A stretch of 64,000 nt of DNA. It comes from Octopus sinensis. Its lineage: Eukaryota. Shown in pieces: positions 50,346 to 62,438 of this stretch. Position 1 is the first letter of the stretch. Each line of letters begins with the position of its first letter. The position numbers and the translations under genes were made by a program. Where the stretch lies: positions 682,001 to 746,000 of the forward strand of contig NC_043025.1 of the NCBI RefSeq assembly GCF_006345805.1. Direction: 5' to 3'. Below the pieces are notes generated by a model. That model did no database searches. It was not told where the DNA came from and saw only the letters and a list, made by a program, of their open reading frames with translations.

Positions 50346-50428
50346 CTCTCGACACATGTTTCGAAGACGGCATAATTTTAATTCCGAAGGAATAAATGGT
50401 GCATTATGCCATCTTCTCATCAGGAAAG
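50346..50428 (-). ncRNA. Minimal type I hammerhead ribozyme (copy 2, identical to copy 1)
   Basis: Same 83-nt sequence as 34190-34272. Confidence 0.8.
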
Positions 50429-50793
50429 ATTAAGAGCCTCTTTCAGCCACAAGACGAACAAAATTTTTGAAGATTGCCTACATGGTGACCACAGTGACAA
50501 TGAGTGTTTTTTTAAAATAATCCGTTATAAGCAATGACTTCAGAAATGGGTAGAATGAGGGAGTATTAAAAATAGGTAGGGGACAATATGTATGCTGTAT
50601 GTCTGATGATGTGCGGGTGTGTGCTTGTGTTAATGATTGCGAGTGATTGTGTATGTGTATGAGTGTGTATATAACTGCAGTTGTGTCTGTGTGTGTATGT
50701 GTTATTGTGTGTGTGAGGTAGACAAACGTGAAATACACTTAGTAGTAAGGTGTGAAATTTGTGTCTGTGTGTTTGATCGTGCGTGTTATAGAG

Positions 50794-50868
<75 letters not shown>

Positions 50869-53566
50869 CGTCAAAGAAATTTAGTAGCTATGGAACATAA
50901 AATCGTTTAAAGGCGACATTAATCGGAAATGATTAAAATATTGTTATACGATCAGACGATAGATTTTTCATCTGTTAGAATCATCTCACTTTTGCTCGAT
51001 AACTATTGATCATCGATCTCTTCCCAAATACAATGTCAAAAGCCAACATTAAAATGAAGTACATTTCTAAATTCTTTGTTAGACCCTCCAGTGTTCACAT
51101 TGTCATCCACCATTCTCTTCCTGAAGAATCTCTGAAGCTTAAGCTGGATGTGCTAGAAATAGCAGCCAAATATTTCCTCTGAGCAGACGATAGATTCATT
51201 TAACGTTAGTGTCACTTCAGAAAATCAAGTTATCAATAACGATAATAATTTAAATGGTATATATAATGATTGACATGGAAGCAAACGATACAAATTCATT
51301 TAACAATAGTTCGTTTCAGAAAATTACGTTTGTGAAATAAAGTATATGATAAAGAAATTATAACAATTCTGAAGAGGAATTATAGGTTTTAGCAGCTTTA
51401 AAGTTATGGGAAAAGAATTTTCGTTATCAAAGTAACAATATTTTATACGAAAGAAGGATGACAGGCGAGGATTTTGTGGTGTGAAGGGTCTTCAAGTGTA
51501 TACGTCCTGGTGTGTGTGTGTGTACGTGTGTGTGTGTGTGTGTGTGTGTGTGTTGTGTGTTTGTGTGTGTGTGTGTTTGTGCCTGTGTGTGTGTGATGCA
51601 CTGAGATATATAACGATTATAATAATTGACACAATTATATTCCAAACTTCTATAGGCGCGGCAGTGGCTGTGTGGTAAGTAGCTTGCTTACCAACCACAT
51701 TGTTCCGGGTTCAATCCCACTGCGTGGCACTTTGGGCGAGCGTCTTCTGCTATAGCCTCGGGCCGACTAAAGCCTTGTGGGTGGATTTAGTAGACGGAAA
51801 CTGAAAGAAGCCCGTTGTATATATGCATATATATATATTTCTATGTGTGTGTTTGTGTGTCAGTGTTAGTCCCGCCTTCCCCCCAACATCGCTTGACAAC
51901 CGATGCTGGTGTGTTTATGTCCCTGTAAGTTAGCGGTTCGGCTAAAGAGACCGATAGAAGAAGTACTAGGCTTACATGAATAAGTCCTTGGGTCGATTTA
52001 CTCGACAAAAGGCGGTGCTCCATCACGGCCACATTAAAATCACTGAAACAAGTAAAAGAGTAAAAAAGAGAGAGAGAGAGCTCATCTGTACCCAAACATT
52101 CAATAGTTTGATGTCCTATTTTCATAGGAGTGAGGGGAAGAGGGAGAGGAAAACATGCAGGGGCCACTAAACTGTTTAACGTATTTGTATCTGAGAAAGT
52201 CTCCAGTATTCTTGATGCCTTCTGCAAAAAGTGAAAGATAAAAAAGGAAATTGAAAAAAAACTAATTGTCTTCCAGTATCTGTGTGTGTGTCTGTGTGCG
52301 TGTGTGTGTGTGTGTCTGTGTGTGTTTGTGTGTGATGCAATGAGATACATAACCATATCTATGAGTTTCTTTAATATAAAACTGAAGTGAATATTTATGA
52401 TAATATGAAATGATAATATTAAATGACATAATTTCATTGTGAAGAAGGTTTAGTCTTCAATGTTTTCAGTCTCGTCCACCACTCTACTTCTTTAGCCACC
52501 GGGCGGAAGAAACTGCTTTTCCTTCCCGGCCTAAAGAAGGTGGCGGGGCGATCTTTACAATGAACTCGGCTCGTAAACTGGACGGATGAGTGCATGCAGG
52601 ACTACTTCATCGCCCTGCGCACAACCCAAACATATCCGTCCGACAACACTTTCGTATCTGTAGAGCTTGTCTTGAATCGGCAGAGCTCCCCGGTAGCACC
52701 ACCAGGCCAGGGATTCCTGGAAGTTAAAGACCAGTTAGTTGATTCCCTCAACCTACGCCCAGAATTTACCTCGATTTCTTCGTTGTTCTTTCCCCTCTCC
52801 TAATTCCCTATAGAAATCTATAGTGGAACTATCAACGCCCGCGTTGCCCGACTGGCAGAAAGCTGTGAAAGCTTGCCGAGACTCCAGGTGCCAAGCGCCC
52901 TTTCTTGGCCAACGCTTGACTCAGTACTGTAGCTTCTTCAGTGAGACGAGCTGCGGAAAGACCCGCTTCACAAACAGTCAATCCCCCATGCTCACCGTTA
53001 AAGAAACGCAGGAGATGTCGCAGTCTCAGCGCATGTCTGCGAATCATTAGCAACGACATGTCCAGTACTCCACTGAGAGGTAGCTTACAGCAGATGGACC
53101 GTCTGTTGAGCGGAACACGTCCCTTCTTTAGAAAGCGGAATAACAAACGCTCTAACTTTATCGGGCATGGGACTACATTCAGGCAGTCATAGATGACGGA
53201 AGGGATGTACGCATTCGCCACTTCGACTCGACCCTTCACGAACAGCTTCCTCTCTGCCAACTTCTGGGTGAGATCGACTATCCTGTTCGTCACCTTCCAC
53301 ACGTTGTTGTCCACCCCGAGGTCAAGAGCAAACCAGAACCCAAGCAGTTTAACCTGTCTTTCCGTCTAGCGCCCTACAAACTGTCGGTTGGTATCGGTCT
53401 GCCTCTCCAACTGCCAATTTGCAGGCCCACCGACTTCTCTTGGATAAGCTTTGCTCCTATCAACGCTTCGTGGACAGTATTATGATGACACAGTCCGTGT
53501 TAGCTGATACGAACATTCCACATCCTAAAACACATATATATAAATATATATATATATATGTATATG

Positions 53567-53618
<52 letters not shown>

Positions 53619-53944
53619 CTGTATTTCTAATTATACTATTTCGATTTGAAAAGTTTCAGTCAGCAGTTTATGATGATTGGCGGTGGGAGTGGAAGAGTTA
53701 AAATGAGAGAGTGGGGAGAGGGAGTGATAGAAGAGAGAGAGGCGAAAGAAGAGTAGGAGAGTTGATGCGTACGATTGTGAGTGTGTGTGTGTGTGTCTGT
53801 GTGTGTGATGCAATTAGATACACAGCCCTGCCTATGCTTTTCTTTAATATAAAACTGAAGGGAATATCACATTAACTTTTGCATTAATTGACATAATTTT
53901 ATTGTAAAGAAGTGAGTGAAAAGTTCAGCCCGAAAAAAATTCCA

Positions 53945-53970
53945 ATAATAATAATAATAATATTAATGAT

Positions 53971-54012
<42 letters not shown>

Positions 54013-54058
54013 TATTATTATTATTATAATAATGATAATAATAATGAAAATAATAATG

Positions 54059-54097
<39 letters not shown>

Positions 54098-54111
54098 GTA
54101 ATTATTGTTAC

Positions 54112-54157
<46 letters not shown>

Positions 54158-54205
54158 TACTAGTGTTGTTACTATTATTATCATCATTATTATTATTATT
54201 ATTTG
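53945..54205. repeat. (AAT)n/(ATT)n microsatellite; second empty paralogue of the Dong site
   Basis: Same flanks as above. Confidence 0.9.
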
Positions 54206-57200
54206 CCAATAGCGCCGCCATATGGGAGAAGATACAGTAGAAAATGCGGTGTGAGCTGGCAGAATCTTCAGTACGTAGGGCGAAATGCTTAGCGGTATTT
54301 CTTCTGCCGTTACGTTCTGAGTTCAAATTCATCCGAGGTCGACATTTCCTTTCATCCTTTCGGGGTCGATTAAAGAAGTACCAGCTACGCACTGTGATCG
54401 ATATAATCGACTTAATCCGTTTGTCTGTCCTTGTTTGTCTTTTCTGTGTTTAGCCCCTTGTCGGTAGTAAAGAAAGAGGACACAGTAGACATGAACACTG
54501 GAGATTTAACGCTGAGACAACGAGTACACAGTTAAAAGAATGACAATGATATCCGACCAAAGAATATAACAATGAAAGTTCGTAATAGGTGCAGGTAATC
54601 CCCTGGAGTTGGCTCAGGTACTCCCACCCAAATCCTGAACCACTCGACGCTTCGAGGGCATCTGGGAAGAGCACTCTCCTCCCTCTCAAATTCACTAGCC
54701 CAAAGGCGTGTTATTAGAGTAGGTCCACTCACACGTACCCTTTTCTCTGTTCATCCACCTTTTGGCAAATGTACTGGGAGGCAGCACTTCACTCTGCACC
54801 CTCATCTTCCTTTCCAAAGGAAATTTGAAAAAGGTGACGAGTGATTGGCCGTAGAGAAAATTCTCTGTCTTTAGTACGTTTAACCTGGTCCACAATACAG
54901 CCTCTTTCGCTACTGCTATTAGACCGAAGTAAATTGCCTGACCTTCCGGACTAATGGAAAGCGGCTGAGCGATCTTCACTACGGACTCGGCCGATAGATA
55001 GAACCACCCTACACGTGATAACAGCTGTTCAACATAACTCCACATGTCAGTAATGCAAGGACACTGGACGAGTGCGTGCAGAACGCTTTCATCGCTCTGC
55101 GCATATCTCGGGTAGGTCGGTCAGACAGCAATTCCGTGCTTGTAGAGTTTATCTCGATCCGGCAGTGCCCCCCGATAGCACTGCAAAGCAAGGGACTTCT
55201 AGAAGTTATCCATTATCCCCGTCTTGAAAGTCCTCCTCAACAGACTGGTTAGTTCAATTTTGTCAACACCTAGCGTCTCTCCAAGTGCTTCATCGCACTT
55301 TCCCTCCACTAACCCTCCATAGAACTTCAGAGTGGATTTTCCACTGATAGCATTGCCCACCTGGTAGAGGACAGTGAGTGCCTAGCAACATTCCAGATGC
55401 CAGTAACCCTTCCTCGGTCTCTTCTTGACCCACGACTGCAGCTTACTCAAGGAGATGAGATGTGGAAAAGTCTGTTTGACAAACGATGACCACACCTGTT
55501 CACCATTTACGCAGAATGTTTGGAGGTGCCGCAGCCCCAGTGCATGTCTTCCACAGCATGCCCAGTGTTCCGGAAATCGGAAAGCGAAAGCACAAAAACG
55601 AAAATGGGAAAAGGTAAAAAGTAAAAACAGCATTTAAGATTTCTCCTCGTTAGACCTTGAATTATAAGGCTAAAAAGATATCAAAAATTTAATCAAGAGT
55701 AGACGAAATTTTTCAGTTCTTCAAAATATATTTATACTTGACCACGACTGAAAATTCCAGACCTAGAGTCCAATAGAGGATTAAGCATCTTAGATCTGAA
55801 CAGGATATGCACTCTTTCAGCTAAACAAAGCTTATATTTATTCGAGCCATTAACATAAGTTATGGATTCTCAATTACTTCCCATCCAGTCACATATGGTG
55901 TTTCGTTTTCTTCCAAACTTAGCCAGTTTCGTAGCTTTACTTTTGGCCTATGTCGGAAGGGGATTATGTGATTGGCATAACGACTTTAAAATTCACCTTA
56001 AATAAGCAAAAGAATAAGAGAATAAAAGATTATGTGTGTGTGTGTGTACATGCATACAAAAATACACACGCATACACACGGATATGTACATAAGCGCGCG
56101 CACACACACATATAGGCGTATGCATTTATTGTTTCGGTAAGTTGTGTCCACGAGAAAGACACTTCCAGTGCTCTCATCTGAAAAGTACCAGCATTAACCA
56201 GGGGTTAACATTGCGACAGACTGGTATCCGGTGTGTTGTATCCTTGTGTGTTGAAATACGTTCGATACCGAGATATACTGGGGGCCTAATGAGCCTGTAG
56301 ATCAGGCAGAGAATTTAGCTTAGAAAATGCTTTAATATAGACATTTAGGCATGCGCAGTCAAGTGTTTGTGTAACGTTTATGGAGGAAAAGTCGATATGA
56401 ATATGACAAAAAAAGAAATACCGTATTTTCCGGTGTATAAGCCGCTATTTTTTACCTGGGAAATTTAGTGTGCCGCTTAGAGAAAGGTGCGCCTAATGTG
56501 TGTAACTTTTTTTATAGTTCCAGGAGGAAAATAATTTGTGTATGGAGATCGAATGATTCCACTGATTTTTTTGGAGGAAAGGTCGGTCGATGAAAGACTA
56601 TTGCTACAGGACATTTGTGCCTGGAAGAAAACAAAGCACATTTGTTTTGTTTTAACTTCAATTCATGTTTTGATAATGTTTTTTTTTATCCAATAAAGAA
56701 TTTAATATTGACGGAAGGTGTTTGTTGCTGATTATAGTAAGATAAAATTAAAAAAATCAACAATACATCTCAAAGTTGAAGAATAAAACATTTTGAAAAT
56801 ACATACACATCAACAACAACAAAGCTAGCAGCGGTCACGTGGTTCCATAAGTCTTTATAAAACACCGGTAGGCTTTATGTGTGGATAAAAACCAAAATTT
56901 TCCCCAAAATCCCAAGCTAACCATCACAATACAATAATACAAACATTAATAAGCCACTTCAATTGTATAATACTAAACTTCAGCCAATATTCTACAACCC
57001 TGTCTACGAGACGACAAATATTAGTTCCATTACAAACTCCCAATCCGATACTAATATAAATCATAATTTAGATTCTCCCCACTAACAACAAACCAACCAA
57101 CATCAACATTACTAATAGTAAACCCCAACCACTTGCAACTGTCGCGCTTCTGAAATATATGGTATGCAGACACCTGTCTCCTCAAAAGCGTTATCTATAA

Positions 57201-57675
57201 GTGCCACGTGATTACCCCATGCACCCACCAGGCAAGGGTGTATATTTGGGGCACTGAGGATTTGGAATGGCGTTGTCGTGCTCATATGAATTCTTTCACT
57301 AATCCCAAATCTAAAATATTTCAATCTTTAGCGACACACATATACAACCTCAATTCAAAACAATGTCCAATACGCTCTATCGTGGTCCAAAGTATGTGAA
57401 GCTCCCCTCTACAACACAAATATAGGTGAATGTATGTTATGTATAAAAGGGTCATTAACTATTCTTCGCCTCCACAACTCCTCACTGTTAAATTCTCTGA
57501 CGTTATTTTTTATCGTAAGCATAAATACTGCCCGACATTCATGCACTTCCCTAATTCCAAATAAATAAAGCTGTAAGGTAAAACAAGTGTCAACCTGACA
57601 ATCGACAAGTGAACACATTCCAAATAGCAAATATGTGTGTGTGTGTCTATGTATACATATATGTATGTATGTTAT

Positions 57676-57719
<44 letters not shown>

Positions 57720-58998
57720 TATAATATATATATATATGAGCATATGCAATACATATGAATATCCAATTGCATTACATATAATATATACACAAAGATCTTA
57801 CATTATACATGCAAACACACATATATATAAACATAGCACAATATATATACATATAAACTCCTACATTAATACACAGTATTAAAACATTAAGTAGTCAGCA
57901 TATATATATAGATACCTACAGAAATATAAATATATATAACACGCATCCCAAATTTATTCCAAGTATTATGATCAATCTATTCTTCATCCTCCTCTCAGCC
58001 TCCTAAATCTCTCCAACACACATCACAAATTTCTTCAAATTTTTGCTTTTCAACCGTCTCTACTCTCATTTGACCCTTCTCGGCTTCAAACAATAATTAA
58101 CAAAAGTCAAATACTAAGAAAAATACCGACCCGATTTTTTGTACTACTAACATTCTTAACCACTCCCTCGTACCTGAAAAGTGTCCTTAAAAAATACCCC
58201 ACGTAATTTGAGATGGAATTGCTGTTTCATTATTGTACCAGCTAGAAGGGGATACTCCTTCAACATTCAGATGAATTACTTATTTATTCACATCGTTTAA
58301 AATTAAACATACGTTATCTTCTAGCTTTGAGATTTTGATTATGTGATTGCTTACTTTTAGAATAACTTTGCATGGTGGTTGTGAAAGGGCTAATGTGTTC
58401 AGTTTCAACAGAAAACAGGAAGAATATTTGGGCCCGACGTGGCCAGTGCCAATGCTAATGGGTTAACTGAAAATTACTGAAGTAAAAATAAAAGCATAAA
58501 AAAACATTTTAGGTAATTTGGGGACACAAATTTATGATGTCTTAAGGGTGGAGAACCTTTTTATCCCATCCTTAATGCCGTTGAGGAGACTGGACAATGG
58601 CCAATAGAAGGCCGATATAATATAATGAAAATCGTAACTTACCAATAAAGTGCTGTTAGTCTCTGTTCGTAAGAGGTAGTGAATGTTTATATATATCTAT
58701 ATATATATATATGTGCGCATATATATATATTGCGTCATTTGTTTATTTACCATACATTTTTTCATTGAAGTAGCACACAATTATGCATATATATATATAT
58801 ATATATATATATGTGTTTGTGTTTGTGTGTGTGTAAATATAGATTGGCGTCTTTATTTCTCATTATATGAATCCGATATGAAAAGTTTGCGTCAGCAGTC
58901 AAAGATGGGCGTTGATAGTGGAAGAGTGTAAATGACAGAGGGGAAAGAAAGTGATAGAAAGAGAGAGAGAGAGGGAGGGAGAAAGAAGAAAAAGAGGG

Positions 58999-59035
<37 letters not shown>

Positions 59036-59307
59036 GTTTGTGTGATGTTATTAGCTACATAACCATGTACTAAGGATTTGGTGAGATTGATACATTTTAA
59101 TTCCCTTCACTTACTCAGTATACCCTACTTCTTTCGCGACATTAGCATTCCAGCAGAAATGGAGAAATGAAAATAATGTCACTGTCTGGTGTTGCATGTG
59201 TGTATGTATGTGTGTGTGTGTATATGCGTCACTGCATGAGACTGTTTACATCCGCGTAACTGAAATTAACTTGAAATAATCTAAGTACTATTTTACAAAT
59301 TGTGATA

Positions 59308-59347
<40 letters not shown>

Positions 59348-59420
59348 TATATATATATATATGTATATAAACACGCACACACAGTTATCAGAATTATATA
59401 AACGTATATATTCATGTATT

Positions 59421-59466
<46 letters not shown>

Positions 59467-59642
59467 TAGGTGAATGAATTATTCTAGCATGGAAAATTCG
59501 TTTAACCGATACCTGGGTAGCAAATTCACGTCGGAAAACACAGTTGAAGTGAACTGTCAAGGGTAGAAACTCCGGGTTCTTGTGTGCAAATTTGTGTTAT
59601 TTATATGAATAAATGAAAGAATGGAATCGAACGAGGTTTTTA

Positions 59643-59725
59643 CTCTCGACACATGTTTCGAAGACGGCATAATTTTAATTCCGAAGGAATAAATGGTGCA
59701 TTATGCCATCTTCTCCTCAGGAAAG
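59643..59725 (-). ncRNA. Minimal type I hammerhead ribozyme (copy 3, CUGAGGA core variant)
   Basis: Single substitution versus copies 1 and 2 at 59716, which is core position N7. Confidence 0.78.
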
Positions 59726-60082
59726 ATTAAGAGCCTCTTTCAGCCACAAGACGAACAAAATTTTTGATGATTGCCTACATGGTGACCACAGTGACAATGA
59801 GTGTTTTTTTAAAATAATCCGTTATAAGCAATGACTTCAGAAATGGGTAGAAGGAGGGAGTAGTAAAAATAGGTAGGGGACAATATGTATGCTGTATGTA
59901 TGATGATGTGCGGGTGTGTGCTTGTGTTAATGATTGCGAGTGATTGTGTATGTGTATGAGTGTGTATATAACTGCATTTGTGTCTGTGTGTGTATGTGTT
60001 ATTGTGTGTGTGAGGTAGACAAACGTGAAATACACTTAGTAGTAAGGTGTGAAATTTGTGTCTGTGTGTTTGATCGTGCGTG

Positions 60083-60135
<53 letters not shown>

Positions 60136-61778
60136 CGTCAAAGAAATTTAGTAGCTATGGAACATAAAATCGTTTAAAAGCGACATTAACCGGAAATGAT
60201 CAAAATATTGTTATACGATCAGACGACAGATTTTTCATCTGTTAGAATCATCTCACTTTTGCTCGATAACTATTGATCATCGATCTCTTCCCAAATACAA
60301 CGTCTAAAGTCAACATTAAAATGAAGTACATTTCTAAATTCATTGTTAGACCCTCCAGTGTTCACATTGTCATCCACCATTCTCTTCGTGAGGAATCTGT
60401 AAAGCTTAAGCTTGATGTGCTAGAAATAGCAGCCAAATATTTCCTCTGAGCAGACGATATATTCATTTAACGATAGTGTCACTTCAGAAAATCAAGTTAT
60501 CAATAACGATAATAATTTAAATGGTATATATAATGATTGACATGGAAGCAAACGATACAAATTCATTTAACAATAGTTCGTTTCAGAAAATTACGTTTGT
60601 GAAATAAAGTATATGATAGAGAAATTATAACAATTCTGAAGAGGAATTAAAGGTTTTAGCAGCTTTAAAGTTATGGGAAAAGAATTTTCGTTATCAAAGT
60701 AGCAATATTTTATACGAAAGAAGGATGACAGGCGAGGATTTTGTGGTGTGAAGGGTCTTCAATTGTATATGTCCTGGTCTGTGTGTGCGTGTGTGTATGT
60801 GTGTGTGTGTGTTTGTGCCTGTGTGTGTGTTATGCACTGAGATATATAACGATTATAATAATGGACACAATTATATTCCAAACTTCTATAGGCGCGGGAG
60901 TGGCTGTGTGGTAAGTAGCTTGCTTACCAACCACATTGTTCCGGGTTCAGTCCCACTGCGTGGCACTCTGGGCGAGCGTCTTCTACTATAGCCTCGGCCG
61001 ACTAAAGACTTGTGAGTGGATTTAGTAGACGGAAACTGAAAGAAGCCCGTTGTATATATGCATATATATATTTCTATGTGTGTGTTTGTGTGTCAGTGTT
61101 TGTCCCGCCCCCCCCCAACATCGCTTGACAACCGATGCTGGTGTGTTTCTGTCCCTGTAAGTTAGCGGTTCGGCAAAAGAGACCGATAGAAGAAGTACTA
61201 GGCTTACATGAATAAGTCCTTGGGTCGATTTACTCGACAAAAGGCGGTGCTCCAGCACGGCCACATTCAAATCACTGAAACAAGTAAAAGAGTAAAAAAG
61301 AGAGAGAGAGAGCTCATCTGTACCCAAACATTCAATAGTTTGATGTCCTATTTTCATAGGAGTGAGGGGAAGAGGGAGAGGAAAACATGCAGGGGCCTCT
61401 AAACTGTTTAACGTATTTGTATCTGAGAAAGTCTCCAGTATTCTTGATGCCTTCTGCAAAAAGTGAAAGATAAAAAAGGAAATTGGAAAAAAAACTAATT
61501 GTCTTCCAGTATCTGTGTGTGTGTCTGTGTGCGTGTGTGTGTGTGTCTGTGTGTGTTTGTGTGTGATGCAATGAGATACATAACCATGCCTATAAGTTTC
61601 TTTAATATAAAACTGAAGTGAATATTAATGATAATATTAAATGACAATATTAATATTTTACATTCCACCGGTATCAGTATCTGAGTCTAAAGTTATAATT
61701 ACTGCATACTCGTGGTACAGTTTTCAACCAGCAGGATGTAACCTGATGCTAATGCTTATGATATACATGCAGCAGAAA

Positions 61779-62270
61779 GGCGTGTCGTTCACAGGTTTAA
61801 AATAACTAAATTGCATTGTATATAAAATATGCTAAAAAGTAAGTTACTTCATGTGTAACATTTAATTCTTATTTTAATGTCTTTTACACAGGATAAAACC
61901 CGAAATAGTGAACTCGGAATTTTGGAACTAAGTGAAAGACAATGATTGTTTACCATAAAGATTTTCCCGTTTTGCCGGACCATTCTATGTGGTTTACCAG
62001 AGCCTGGATTGTAGTACAATGCTTGTAAGTTGCGTTCCATGATTTGATTTTCCTCTCCCTTTATATTATGTATATGTGTGTGTGAAAGTGTGTGTCTGCG
62101 TGTGTGTTTGTGTGTGTGAAAATAAGTAAATGTAAATGAATGTATATATGTGTGTATATATATATATATGTATATCGATATATGGAGAGACGTAATAGAT
62201 AGAGAGATAGAAAGATAAAGATACAGACAATGATTGATAGAGAGATAGCTAGACAGACACATGATAGTTT

Positions 62271-62308
<38 letters not shown>

Positions 62309-62404
62309 GATAGATAGATAGATAGATAGAAATATAAAGATAGATAGATAGATAGATAGATAGAAAGATGGAAAGATAGATATAGATAGTCATAGATAGA
62401 CAAT

Positions 62405-62438
<34 letters not shown>

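Larger units (their letters stand above)
33527..61645. repeat. Tandem segmental array: ~9.2-9.6-kb composite unit, two complete copies (42337-51904, 51905-61136), one deleted and Dong-inserted copy, and partial copies at both ends
   Basis: Landmark gatgtcctattttcataggagtgagggg at ~35868, 42546, 52102 and 61343; modules recur in the same order. Confidence 0.93.
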
